Part shown: positions 39,900 to 49,045 of the stretch, piece after piece
How the letters are laid out: every line of letters starts with the position of its first letter
How positions within the stretch are numbered: position 1 is the first letter of the stretch
Origin: an uncultured Gemmatimonadales bacterium
GTDB taxonomy: Bacteria > Gemmatimonadota > Gemmatimonadetes > Gemmatimonadales > GWC2-71-9
NCBI GenBank assembly: GCA_963728915.1
Contig: CAVSLV010000001.1
Span: 704,001-768,000, forward strand
Length of the DNA stretch: 64,000 nt
Reading direction: 5' to 3'
The notes under the pieces: generated by a model
Seen by the model: only the letters and a program-made list of their open reading frames with translations
The model's database searches: none
What the model was told of the DNA's origin: nothing
Program-made: the position numbers and the translations under genes

Positions 39900-40892
39900 A
39901 TGCTGCGCTCTCTCTCCATCTGTTGCTTGTTCCTCGCCGGCTGCAGCCTCCAGCACGCGACCCGGAACCCCTCCGGCGAGGACGATCACATGGCTCATAT
40001 GCAGACGGCGGACCTCGCTGCCCCGTTAAGTCGCGCCGCGCGGAGCGGCGCGGAGCAGGGAAGCCCAACGTTGCCGCCGAGCAACGACGAGGCTCCGGCT
40101 CGGCTCGCCGCGAGTCCCCGCCATGGTGAGTGGGTCAAGATCGCCTATCAGCCTGGCTCGCCCGATTCCCTGATGGCATGGGTGGTGTACCCCGCCTCGC
40201 GCCAGAAGGCGCCAGTGGTGGTCGTGGTGCATGAAATTTTCGGACTGTCCACCTGGATCCGGGGAGTGACCGACCAGGTTGCGGCGGAAGGCTACATCGC
40301 GATCGCCCCGGATTTTCTCTCCCGGGTGCGGGGTGGGCCAAGCTCAGAGGAGATCTCCGGCGATTCCGCCCGCCGGCTCATCGCCGGCGTGAACGGCACC
40401 GAACGCAACCAGGTCATCGTGGCAGCGGCCAACTGGGCGATGCAACAGCCGGCCGCGCTCCAGAAATACGCGGTGATCGGCTATTGCTGGGGCGGCAGCA
40501 CCGTGTGGATGCACGCCATCAGCCAGGGAGTGATGGGCTTCGTCGGCGGGGTAGCCTACTACGGGCTTCCCTATACGAGCGGCGGGAGTCCCGCGACCGC
40601 GACCCAGGCTGCGGTGCCGGCGACGATCGTGGCGGATTCGATCAGGAAGATCGAGAAACCGGTGCTCTTGCTCAGTGGCTCAAAGGACGCCCGGATTACA
40701 GCTGCGATGCCTGGGCTCGACTCGATGATGAAGGCCATGGGGAAAACCTACAATGGCATCAACTACGAGGATGCCACCCACGGATTCCTGGCCCGCCGCA
40801 ACGATGCCGCCAAGGAAGCCGATATCGCGGCCACCAGGGATGCCTGGCCCCGAACCGTCGCCTTTCTCAAGAAGAACCTGGGCGGCAAATAG
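39900..40892 (+). CDS. Dienelactone hydrolase family lipoprotein
   Basis: Lipobox LAGC; HEIFGL, IAPD, GYCWGG nucleophile, HGF, AWPRT. Confidence 0.9.
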   Translation: MLRSLSICCLFLAGCSLQHATRNPSGEDDHMAHMQTADLAAPLSRAARSGAEQGSPTLPPSNDEAPARLAASPRHGEWVKIAYQPGSPDSLMAWVVYPASRQKAPVVVVVHEIFGLSTWIRGVTDQVAAEGYIAIAPDFLSRVRGGPSSEEISGDSARRLIAGVNGTERNQVIVAAANWAMQQPAALQKYAVIGYCWGGSTVWMHAISQGVMGFVGGVAYYGLPYTSGGSPATATQAAVPATIVADSIRKIEKPVLLLSGSKDARITAAMPGLDSMMKAMGKTYNGINYEDATHGFLARRNDAAKEADIAATRDAWPRTVAFLKKNLGGK

Positions 40893-40959
40893 CCGGGCTT
40901 GAAAGAACCGGAAAATCGAACCATCATACCCGCCCATTTCTCAACTGAGGCAGCAATCC

Positions 40960-41619
40960 ATGGCACTCGCGCTCAACGACATCGCTCCCGATTTCAATGC
41001 CCAGACCACCCAGGGGCCGATCCGTTTCCATGAGTGGATCGGGGATGCCTGGGCGGTGCTCTTTTCTCACCCCAAGGACTTCACCCCGGTGTGCACCACC
41101 GAGCTCGGGTACATGGCGCGCATCAAACCGGAGTTCGACCAGCGCAACGTCAAGATCATCGGCCTGTCGGTGGATCCGGTGGATCGCCACTCGAAATGGG
41201 CCGAGGATATCAGAGAGACCCAGGGCGCGGCACCGAACTATCCGATCATCGGCGACGCGGATTTCAACGTCGCCAAACTCTATGGGATGCTGCCGGCCAG
41301 CACCTCGGGAGATCCGCTCCAGCGGACCCCGGCCGACAATCAGACCGTGCGCAATGTGTTCGTGGTCGGTCCCGACAAGAAGGTCAAGCTCATCCTGGTC
41401 TACCCCATGTCCACCGGCCGGAACTTCGACGAGGTGCTCCGGGTCATCGATTCGCTCCAGCTCACCGCCAAGCACCGGGTATCGACGCCGGTGAACTGGA
41501 AGCCGGGCGAGGACATCATCATCGGCGGGGCGATCTCCGATGAAGAGGCCAAGACGATCTGGCCCAACGGCTGGAAGGCGCCCAAGCCCTACCTTCGGAT
41601 CGCTTCCCAACCCAAGTAG
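40960..41619 (+). CDS. 1-Cys peroxiredoxin (Prx6 family)
   Basis: FSHPKDFTPVCTTE; YPMSTGRNFDE; TPVNW. Confidence 0.95.
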   Translation: MALALNDIAPDFNAQTTQGPIRFHEWIGDAWAVLFSHPKDFTPVCTTELGYMARIKPEFDQRNVKIIGLSVDPVDRHSKWAEDIRETQGAAPNYPIIGDADFNVAKLYGMLPASTSGDPLQRTPADNQTVRNVFVVGPDKKVKLILVYPMSTGRNFDEVLRVIDSLQLTAKHRVSTPVNWKPGEDIIIGGAISDEEAKTIWPNGWKAPKPYLRIASQPK

Positions 41620-41632
41620 TCTGCCTCCCAGC

Positions 41633-41659
41633 AGCGGGCCCTTCGAGAAAGGGCCCGCT
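41633..41659 (+). terminator. Intrinsic terminator-like hairpin
   Basis: AGCGGGCCCTT-CGAGA-AAGGGCCCGCT followed by a pyrimidine tract. Confidence 0.65.
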
Positions 41660-41732
41660 TGCTCTCCCTTCGCGTTAATCCTACCTTGGAGCGTTCATGG
41701 ATCATTCATAGTCCCTTCGGAGACCGTTTCTC

Positions 41733-43778
41733 ATGACCCGCATCGCCCTTCTCGCTCTCTGCTCGGCGGCGCTCCCGGTCGGCCTCGCCGCCCAGCAGCT
41801 CGACACCCTCCCCCCGGTCGAAACGGTCGCGACCCGGATCCCGGAAAAGCCCCACCGTGTTCCCGCTTCGATCGAGGTGATTCGAGGAGCCGAGCTTCGG
41901 GCCCGAGGGGCCCGCTCCCTGCAGGATGCGCTTGCGCTCGCCGCGGGCGTGGCGATTGCCCCCGGGGGAGATGGTGGCCCGGCCAGCGCGGTCCCGGAAT
42001 TCTGGGGTCTCCGGGAGTTCGATGCATTCCTGCTCGTGGTGGATGGGATTCCCTGGGGAGGAGCCCTGAACCCGGCCTTGTCCACGCTGGACCTGAACGA
42101 CGTGGAACGGATCGAGATCCTGCGCGGCGCTGCCCCGGTCACCTACGGAGCCACCAGCTTCGTGGGGGTGATTCAAGTCGTCCATAACCCGGCGTATGTG
42201 ACCACCCGGCGCCTCTCCGCGCGGGGCGGAAGCTATGGAAACGCCGGTGCGTCGGCCGCCGCGGGCACGCTGCTGGGCTCCTGGAGCGCCAGGGGGACCG
42301 CGGATGTTGACCGGGTTGCCTACCGGGACGACCGGACCCAGTCCTCGACCGGACATGCCCAGCTCCGGATCGCCAAACCGGGAACCGATCGCGACACCTG
42401 GGCGATGGCCGACGTCAGCCTCGTTCGCCAGGACCCCGCGAGCCCGCATCCCCGGGAGGGAGCCACGCTCTCGGATGCGGTCCCGCTCGACGCCAACCAC
42501 AATCCCGCGGGGGCGTTTATCAACGAGAACCGGGTCGTTGGATCGGCCGGGCTCAGCCGACCGGTGTTCGGGAATGCAAGCTGGACTACAATGGCCTCGT
42601 TCACCCATTCGAGTCAGAGCATCTTTCGCGGGTTCCTGACCGAGATCTCGAGCGATCCCGACAATGCCTCGGGATTCCGGGAGAACATCGAGATCAACGA
42701 CGTCTATCTCGATACCCACCTGATGTGGCCAAGCCGTCCCACGCTTCGGTTCGTTCTCGGGGCGGACGGGCTATTCGCGAACGGGGAGGCCAAAGGCGCG
42801 ACGTTCACCTATACCGCGCCGCTCGACGGAGCCACCGCGCCCAGCGTCCCCGAGCCGACCACCCTGGACAAGGATGCCGAGGATCGCCGGCTCTTCCTCG
42901 GCGGATACGCATCGGTGGAATGGCAGCCGGTCGAACGCTTCACCTTGAGCGGTGGTGTCCGCCTGAACCTCACCTCGGAGGAGCGGGATGAGGGAGCCGT
43001 GTCCTCCGACCATTCCCGCCTGAGCGGGAGCGTCGGCGCCCTGTTCAGCGTCTGGGAGCGTAACCTCGATCACTTCCGGCTCTTCGCCAACTTCCGCGAC
43101 ACCTTCAAGCCCGCGGCCTTCGACTTCGGGCTCGGCGAGGAGGAGGAAGGAGAGGAAGGAATCCTGGATCCCGAAACCGCCCAGAGCTATGAGGCCGGGT
43201 TCAAGGCAACCCTGGCGAATGCACGGGTGGATTTCGAGGGCAGCGTCTTTCGGATGAACTTCAAGAACCTGGTGACCGCCACGATCGTCAACGGCCAACC
43301 GGCGCTCATGAACACGGGCAAGACCCGCTTCCAGGGGATTGAGCTCGCCATGGACCTCCGGCTTCCCCGCGACTTCACGGCTCGCGCGAGCTACAGCTTC
43401 CACGATGGGAAGTTCGTTGACTTCGAACAGGAATTCGACGGCGTGCCCACCCAGCTCGCGGGGAACCGGGTGGAGATGTCCCCCCGCCACCTCGTGTCGG
43501 CGGGATTCTATCGGGCTCCGAGCCGAGGGATCCTGCTCAACGCCAACCTCAACTTCACCGGCAACCGCTATCTGAACAAGCGCAACACCGCTCTGGCGAG
43601 CAAGTTCGTCACCGTGGACGCCGGACTGGGATATCGCACCGGCCGGATCGAGCTGCGCCTGGACGGCCGGAACCTGACCAACCGCCGGGACCCTGTTTCG
43701 GAAAGCGAGTTCGGCGACGCCCAGTACTATCGCATGCCCGCCCGCACCTTCATCGGAGGCGTCGTCTTCACGTACTGA
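41733..43778 (+). CDS. TonB-dependent receptor
   Basis: Signal peptide; plug motif VVDGIP..VERIEILRGAA..YG..GVI; LDPETAQSYEAG; NLTN; C-terminal aromatic (FTY). Confidence 0.92.
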   Translation: MTRIALLALCSAALPVGLAAQQLDTLPPVETVATRIPEKPHRVPASIEVIRGAELRARGARSLQDALALAAGVAIAPGGDGGPASAVPEFWGLREFDAFLLVVDGIPWGGALNPALSTLDLNDVERIEILRGAAPVTYGATSFVGVIQVVHNPAYVTTRRLSARGGSYGNAGASAAAGTLLGSWSARGTADVDRVAYRDDRTQSSTGHAQLRIAKPGTDRDTWAMADVSLVRQDPASPHPREGATLSDAVPLDANHNPAGAFINENRVVGSAGLSRPVFGNASWTTMASFTHSSQSIFRGFLTEISSDPDNASGFRENIEINDVYLDTHLMWPSRPTLRFVLGADGLFANGEAKGATFTYTAPLDGATAPSVPEPTTLDKDAEDRRLFLGGYASVEWQPVERFTLSGGVRLNLTSEERDEGAVSSDHSRLSGSVGALFSVWERNLDHFRLFANFRDTFKPAAFDFGLGEEEEGEEGILDPETAQSYEAGFKATLANARVDFEGSVFRMNFKNLVTATIVNGQPALMNTGKTRFQGIELAMDLRLPRDFTARASYSFHDGKFVDFEQEFDGVPTQLAGNRVEMSPRHLVSAGFYRAPSRGILLNANLNFTGNRYLNKRNTALASKFVTVDAGLGYRTGRIELRLDGRNLTNRRDPVSESEFGDAQYYRMPARTFIGGVVFTY

Positions 43779-45213
43779 GCGGCTGCAGGGGCAGGACCAG
43801 CCGGAACGCAGTCAACCCGGGGCGCGACTCGGCGAGGTCGAGGCGCCCCGTGTGCATCTCGGCGATTCTCCTCGCGATCGCGAGGCCGAGCCCGGCGCCG
43901 GAGGAGCCCGGGCTGTTCTCTCTGGTCCGGGCGCTGTCGACGCGAAAAAACGGTTCGAAGACCCGCGGGCGGACCTCCTCAGGAACCCCGGGACCACGGT
44001 CGGTCACCCGGACCGAACATTCGCCATTACGCCGTTCCATCGCGACATCGACTGCCTCGCCTGCCGGCGAGTAGCGGACCGCATTGTCGAGCAGGTTGAG
44101 CAGCAGGCGCCCCAGCAAATCGGCGTCGCCGTGAATCGGTGCCTCCGACAACCCCTCGATCCGGATTCGCACCTGTTTCTGCTCGGCCACCGACGCCATG
44201 GAGCGCACCGCCTCCTGCACCACGTCGTCCAGGTAGAGCGCCTCGGATTGCATGGTCAGCTGACCCGCGTCGCTCCGGGCCAGAAGGAAGAGGTCGTCCA
44301 CGATCCGGCTCAGTCGTCGGGCCGCGTCGCGAATGACGGTCATCGATTCGCGGTACTGGGCTTCGTCCCGATGGGCCTGCCGCAAGGTCACGTCGGCTTC
44401 GCTCCGGACGATCGCCGTCGGGGTGCGAAGCTCGTGCGACGCATCGGCCACGAACCGCCGTTGCTGGGCGAAGGCTCGCTCCAGCCGGTCGAGCAGCTCG
44501 TTGATGACGACCGCGAGGTCGCTCAGTTCCTTCGATCCGGAGACCGGAAGGCGTTCATCCAGCCTGCTGGCGGTGATCTCGGTTGCGCGCGCGGCCATCG
44601 CGGCTACCGGAGCAAGACTTCGCCGGGCCAGGAGCGAGCCGCCGGCCGCCGCCCCGGCAATCAGCAACGGAATCCCGATGCCGAACAAGCGTTGCAGCCC
44701 GTGCAGGACGCTCTCCAGATCGCCCAATGGCGCCGCACCCATGACCCACATCGGCTCTCCATCGAGTTGAATCGGGAAGGCGGTTACCCGGAAGGAGGCC
44801 CTTCCACTCGCGATGGTCCGGGAATGGTTGCCCGCTCCATAGCCCGTCAGCTCCCCCATTTCCCGGCGGAGAACCGACCAGTCCGGCCCCGGTGAGGCCT
44901 CTCGCTCTTCCGGGATCGTGGTGTGGGCCAGGACCGCTCCCGCGGAATCGAGTACGGCAATTCTCAAGTCGCGGAACCGGACTTCTTCGAGCGTCTTTCT
45001 CACCGCGGCGGGAAGCCCCGGAGCGATCCGCCGTTCCGCCACCAGCTCGCGCGAGAATGTGGTCAGGGCATCGCTCAGGAAGCGGTCGGTCCGGCTTCGC
45101 AACGTGCGGGCGACGGTGACGTAGGAGGCGACCGCGAAGGTAATGAGAGGAACCGCGAGCAGAACCGAATACCACAGGGTGAGCTGCACCCGGAGCGAGC
45201 CAGGCCAGCGCAT
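43768..45213 (-). CDS. Sensor histidine kinase (HAMP, HisKA, HATPase)
   Basis: Two TMs; FVADASHELRTP; NLLDNAVRY; DRGPG; GAGLGLAI. Confidence 0.95.
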   Translation of the reverse strand: MRWPGSLRVQLTLWYSVLLAVPLITFAVASYVTVARTLRSRTDRFLSDALTTFSRELVAERRIAPGLPAAVRKTLEEVRFRDLRIAVLDSAGAVLAHTTIPEEREASPGPDWSVLRREMGELTGYGAGNHSRTIASGRASFRVTAFPIQLDGEPMWVMGAAPLGDLESVLHGLQRLFGIGIPLLIAGAAAGGSLLARRSLAPVAAMAARATEITASRLDERLPVSGSKELSDLAVVINELLDRLERAFAQQRRFVADASHELRTPTAIVRSEADVTLRQAHRDEAQYRESMTVIRDAARRLSRIVDDLFLLARSDAGQLTMQSEALYLDDVVQEAVRSMASVAEQKQVRIRIEGLSEAPIHGDADLLGRLLLNLLDNAVRYSPAGEAVDVAMERRNGECSVRVTDRGPGVPEEVRPRVFEPFFRVDSARTRENSPGSSGAGLGLAIARRIAEMHTGRLDLAESRPGLTAFRLVLPLQPLST

Positions 45214-45214
45214 G

Positions 45215-45937
45215 CTATCCTCTGGCGCCGGACCGGGAGCGGCGGATTCGGGGAGACGACGCCTCGAGCAGGAACCCGGCCCCGCGCAGGGTCGCCAGCA
45301 GCGGAACCCGCTCTCCCTCGTCGATCTTGCGGCGCAACCGGCTCACATATACGTCGATGATGTTGGAGTAGACCGTCTCGCCGCCCCAGACGTCCTGGGT
45401 GAGCTCGGCGCGACTCACCACCCGGCCGGCGTTGACGGCCAGGCAGAGCAGGAAATCGTACTCCTTGCCGGTCAGAGGAATGTCGCGATTTCCCCGGCGC
45501 ACCGCGTGACGGACCGTATCAATACTCAGGTCTCCCACGCTGATCCGGGGCGCCAGCACATCGCGGCTCCGGCGAAGCAGCGCGCGAAGCCGGGCCAGAA
45601 GCTCGCCAAAATCGAAGGGCTTGGTGAGATAGTCGTCGGCGCCGGCATCGAGGCCCGCGATGCGCTGGTCGATGGCATCCAGGGCGGTCAGCATCAGAAT
45701 CGGGGACCGGATCCCGGCGACCCGAAGTTTGCCGCAGAGGACATCCCCACGGATCCCGGGAACCAGGATATCGAGCAACAGCGCGTCATACGGTTTGGAC
45801 TGGGCCAGGACTAGCGCCTCAGGACCCGTCGCAGCCTGGTCCACCAGGTAGCCCGCTTCCTCGAGCCCCCTGGCAATGGAGGCTCTGAGCGGATGGTCGT
45901 CCTCGACGAGGAGGATTCTGGACCGGGCCTTGGACAT
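45215..45937 (-). CDS. OmpR-family response regulator
   Basis: ILLVEDD, LLDI, LMLTA, GADDYLTKPF, winged-helix IDVYVSRLRRKI..TLRGAGF. Confidence 0.95.
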   Translation of the reverse strand: MSKARSRILLVEDDHPLRASIARGLEEAGYLVDQAATGPEALVLAQSKPYDALLLDILVPGIRGDVLCGKLRVAGIRSPILMLTALDAIDQRIAGLDAGADDYLTKPFDFGELLARLRALLRRSRDVLAPRISVGDLSIDTVRHAVRRGNRDIPLTGKEYDFLLCLAVNAGRVVSRAELTQDVWGGETVYSNIIDVYVSRLRRKIDEGERVPLLATLRGAGFLLEASSPRIRRSRSGARG

Positions 45938-46025
45938 CGACGTAATAATACGACACTCCGCCCACCTGGAGGTGAAGGAACGCGGCGGGGTTGCTGCCGC
46001 TCCGGAGAGCGCTCAAGTCGGGTCG

Positions 46026-46054
46026 ATGACGGTTCGCGCCTCGGAATGGCGCAA
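46026..46054 (+). promoter_or_regulatory. Putative ECF promoter ATGACGGT-N16-CGCAA
   Basis: Matches copies at 18561-18589 and 48941-48969. Confidence 0.6.
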
Positions 46055-46083
46055 TGCTGAGAGTACACTGCCCTGGAGAGCGC

Positions 46084-46581
46084 ATGAACCGGCTGATCCG
46101 ATCGGTCCTGATGAGCGGTACCCTGCTGGCGGGAGTGGCCTGCGGTGGTGGAGGTCCAGCCGATCCCAACGACGACAACAACGACAACAACAACGGGAAC
46201 CAGACCGGCAACCGGACCATGAGCGCGACCTGGAACGGGGTCGCCTTCAGTCCCAACCTGCTGACCTCCGCGTATCTCAGCGGAAACGTCTCGGTCAGCG
46301 CAGCCGATGGCACCCGCAATTTCCACCTCGCCGCCATCAACGTGAATTCCACCGGCACCTATCAGGTCGGTCCCGGAAATCCCAACAGCGCCATCGCCGA
46401 GTGGGTCGACAACATCGGGAGCTATTCGAGCGGGTTCACCGGCGGGGGTGGAACCGTCACATTCACGGTCCTTCAGCTTGGCAGGGTAGCCGGCTCTCTC
46501 AATGTCACCATGCGGAACACCGCCACCGGGAAGAGCGACTCCATCGTCCTGGTCGGCACCTTCGATATTCCGTTCCCCTGA
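46084..46581 (+). CDS. Lipoprotein, single DUF6252-like domain; paralog of 17561-18525
   Basis: GGAG RBS; lipobox VAC-GGGG; Asn/Asp linker; MSATWNGVAF...GTFDIPF. Confidence 0.75.
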   Translation: MNRLIRSVLMSGTLLAGVACGGGGPADPNDDNNDNNNGNQTGNRTMSATWNGVAFSPNLLTSAYLSGNVSVSAADGTRNFHLAAINVNSTGTYQVGPGNPNSAIAEWVDNIGSYSSGFTGGGGTVTFTVLQLGRVAGSLNVTMRNTATGKSDSIVLVGTFDIPFP

Positions 46582-46584
46582 TCC

Positions 46585-47004
46585 CTACCGGGGCCTGGTT
46601 CGATGCTCGAGCCGGATGACCAGCTTGAGCCCGGACCAGGTCTCGTCCACGGCGCAAACCTTGATGTCCACCAGGTGAAGCGGAAACGCCAGCTCACGCA
46701 CCACGTCCTCGGTCAGGTCACTTGCCACGCCCGAGGACTTCTTGGGCCAGGACACCCAGATCATCCCATTCTCCCGGATCTGGCCTCGGCAGGCGGGAAG
46801 GTGATGCGCCAGCTCGCGGCGGTTTCGAGCGAAGAGATGACAGAGGTCAACCACTGAGCGTGCCTTGGGGGATATCGACACACCCTCGGGAACCGGAGCC
46901 AGAAGGGCGCGGTAGTTGGGCGGGGCGCCGACCGTCAGGACCCGGAAACCGGGTTTGATCCCCAGTTTTTTCGCCAGCGGGGTCCCCGAATAGCCCGCCG
47001 GCAT
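46585..47004 (-). CDS. DUF3052 domain protein
   Basis: GYSGTPLAKKLGIK, WVSWPKK, LVDIKVCAVDETWSGLKL. Confidence 0.88.
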   Translation of the reverse strand: MPAGYSGTPLAKKLGIKPGFRVLTVGAPPNYRALLAPVPEGVSISPKARSVVDLCHLFARNRRELAHHLPACRGQIRENGMIWVSWPKKSSGVASDLTEDVVRELAFPLHLVDIKVCAVDETWSGLKLVIRLEHRTRPR

Positions 47005-47841
47005 TCAGACTGCCTCCCGGCTCGGTCCGACCCATGGACCGTACAATTCGGGTCGCCGGTGGCGAAGGAAGAGCCGGCGCGCATGGGAGTCGGCCAGCTG
47101 AGCGAAATCAAGGTCGGCGTAGAGGATGGTTTCCTGACCCGCGGCGGCTCGGGCAACGATGGCGCCGTCGGGATCCGCCACGAACGACTCGCCCGCGAAC
47201 TCGAGGCAGTCTTCCCGTCCCACTCGATTGCAGAGCCCTACGAAGTATCCGTTCTGGAAGGCGGCAACCCGCATCTCGGCTTCGAAGAGACCCTCAGGCC
47301 ACTCCCCGACCGAGCCGGCTTGCGGGACCAGCACCAGATCGGCTCCTCCGATAGCGAGGGCCCGCATGTACTCGGGGAAGTGACGGTCATAGCAGATCGC
47401 CACGCCGATCCGTCCCACCTTGGTCGTGAAGACGGGTGCGCCTGAATCCCCCGGGGTGTAGTAGCCCTGTTCGTGAAAACAGGCGTACTCGGTGATGTGA
47501 ATCATCCGGGTAACCCCGAGCAGGGCGCCGTCGGCATCGATGACGGGCGAGCTATCGTAGCAGTGTTGCCCCGCGCGCTCGAAGAAGTTCATCACGACGA
47601 CCATGTCGAGCTCCCGCGCCTTGGCGCGGACCGCGCTCACCAGTGGACCGTCGATCGGTTCGGCCAGCTCGCGGGGATCGCCGTTGGCGGGCCGCTGGGG
47701 GTGGAACCATTCGAACCCGAGCTCGGCGAATCCGGCGACCCGGGCTCCTTGACGGGCGGCTTCTTCCAGGGCGGCCAGGCCCCGGGTCAGGTTCGCCGCC
47801 TTGTCTTTGGTGGCTCGATGCTGGATGAGGGCGAGCTTCAT
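47005..47841 (-). CDS. Carbon-nitrogen hydrolase (nitrilase superfamily)
   Basis: MKLALIQ, FAEL, ICYDRHFPE, NRVG.E, FAGES; catalytic Lys position reads Met (TRMIHI). Confidence 0.9.
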   Translation of the reverse strand: MKLALIQHRATKDKAANLTRGLAALEEAARQGARVAGFAELGFEWFHPQRPANGDPRELAEPIDGPLVSAVRAKARELDMVVVMNFFERAGQHCYDSSPVIDADGALLGVTRMIHITEYACFHEQGYYTPGDSGAPVFTTKVGRIGVAICYDRHFPEYMRALAIGGADLVLVPQAGSVGEWPEGLFEAEMRVAAFQNGYFVGLCNRVGREDCLEFAGESFVADPDGAIVARAAAGQETILYADLDFAQLADSHARRLFLRHRRPELYGPWVGPSREAV

Positions 47842-47866
47842 GGGCGATAAACTTATCGCCCCCTGG

Positions 47867-48853
47867 TCAGTGGGTGACCACCCCTGCCATCCGCACGACT
47901 TCGAAATCGCTGCCATGGAGCTGTTTCAATGTGTTGATCTCATCATCGTTCCAGCGGGCATCAGCCACTCCGCTCAGAAACCAGTCGCTGCCGTTATCGG
48001 CCACGATCATCCCGTAGGTCTTGAGCGCCTGGAGAATCACCTGGACCCGGACCGGGAAGCCTCCGGTTGCAAACCCGGCCTTGAGCCGCATCCGCATCCC
48101 CATGGGAGGCCGGAGTGGGTCCGTGTCGCTGCTGGCCCAGTGTCGAGCTGGCGCGAGGTAGGCCCGTCGGGTCCGGCTGACGGTGAATCGAAGGGCGTGC
48201 CGGATGGCGCCGGCCTCCACCTCGTCATACCGGACTAGTCCCGCAAGGATCGGCAGGCCAGCGGCGTCGGCCGAGGTCCAGCCGGCGGGTCGGAGCGCAT
48301 TGGAGCTCAGGTCGAAAATGGCTCCCGACCCCGCGTGCCATGACCCGTTACCTTGAGGATAGGCCGCGAAGAGCTCGTACAGCTTCCAGCCGGTTCGGTC
48401 GACCACGAGGATATGTCGGTCCCCATCCGAGCTTGACCCTCCTTCGATCGGTGCATCCCGCGGAATGGGGTATGGACCGGGGTCGCTTTCGTCGGCATAG
48501 TCAAAGGTCACCATCACCCGTGCCTGGTCCTCATTGACCACGACATATGGGATTCCGAAAGGTCCCCCGTTCCAATTGGCGCCGAAATCGGGGTGCAGTG
48601 CTTTTCCGGGACCGATTTGGGCCACAATCTGATCTGAATTCGGGTCAACCCGGGCGGTATCCACGGGTAGGTTCCAGGGGTTGTCATCGGGAAAGAGCCT
48701 TGGGAGCTCGGCATTGAGCCCCAGGCTCTCGCCGGCAAGTGGTCCAGGGGTGGCTGGGTCGGAATCGGAGGTAGGGCTCGTCTGGCAGGCCGCGTTACCA
48801 AGAACGAGGAGAAAGCCAAGAGTGTATCTGGCGTGCCAGGTCATGCCGTGCAT
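47867..48853 (-). CDS. Conserved hypothetical lipoprotein
   Basis: Lipobox-like NAAC; FPDDNPWN, ESDPGPYPIP, GDRH, WTSADAAGLP..GLVRYDEV, YGMIVADNG. Confidence 0.75.
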   Translation of the reverse strand: MHGMTWHARYTLGFLLVLGNAACQTSPTSDSDPATPGPLAGESLGLNAELPRLFPDDNPWNLPVDTARVDPNSDQIVAQIGPGKALHPDFGANWNGGPFGIPYVVVNEDQARVMVTFDYADESDPGPYPIPRDAPIEGGSSSDGDRHILVVDRTGWKLYELFAAYPQGNGSWHAGSGAIFDLSSNALRPAGWTSADAAGLPILAGLVRYDEVEAGAIRHALRFTVSRTRRAYLAPARHWASSDTDPLRPPMGMRMRLKAGFATGGFPVRVQVILQALKTYGMIVADNGSDWFLSGVADARWNDDEINTLKQLHGSDFEVVRMAGVVTH

Positions 48854-48940
48854 GAAGCAGGATTCACGCCCCCACACGGGCCGCCAGTTGACAGGGTTCT
48901 ACCCCGGATGCAGACTTTCTCGCCCGGATAAGGTGGTTGA

Positions 48941-48969
48941 ATGACCCCTGCGCGCCGGGAATTGCGCAT
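48941..48969 (+). promoter_or_regulatory. Putative ECF promoter ATGACCCC-N16-CGCAT
   Basis: Same spacing as 46026-46054 and 18561-18589; also shares GGAAT in the spacer with 46026. Confidence 0.5.
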
Positions 48970-49045
48970 AGCAACTTGCCCTCCCTCTCGCGGCGCACTG
49001 GGCCCGCGGAGTCCTGGTAGAGGATCCATCCGAACGGAGCATCCG

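Noticed and set aside
41620..41732. Possible cobalamin or other riboswitch before the TonB receptor
   Set aside because: Only about 70 nt remain after the terminator hairpin and no conserved riboswitch boxes are visible.
46168..46200. AAC/GAC microsatellite (similar tract at 18400-18436)
   Set aside because: Triplet repeats encoding Asn/Asp linkers after the lipobox; frame-neutral.
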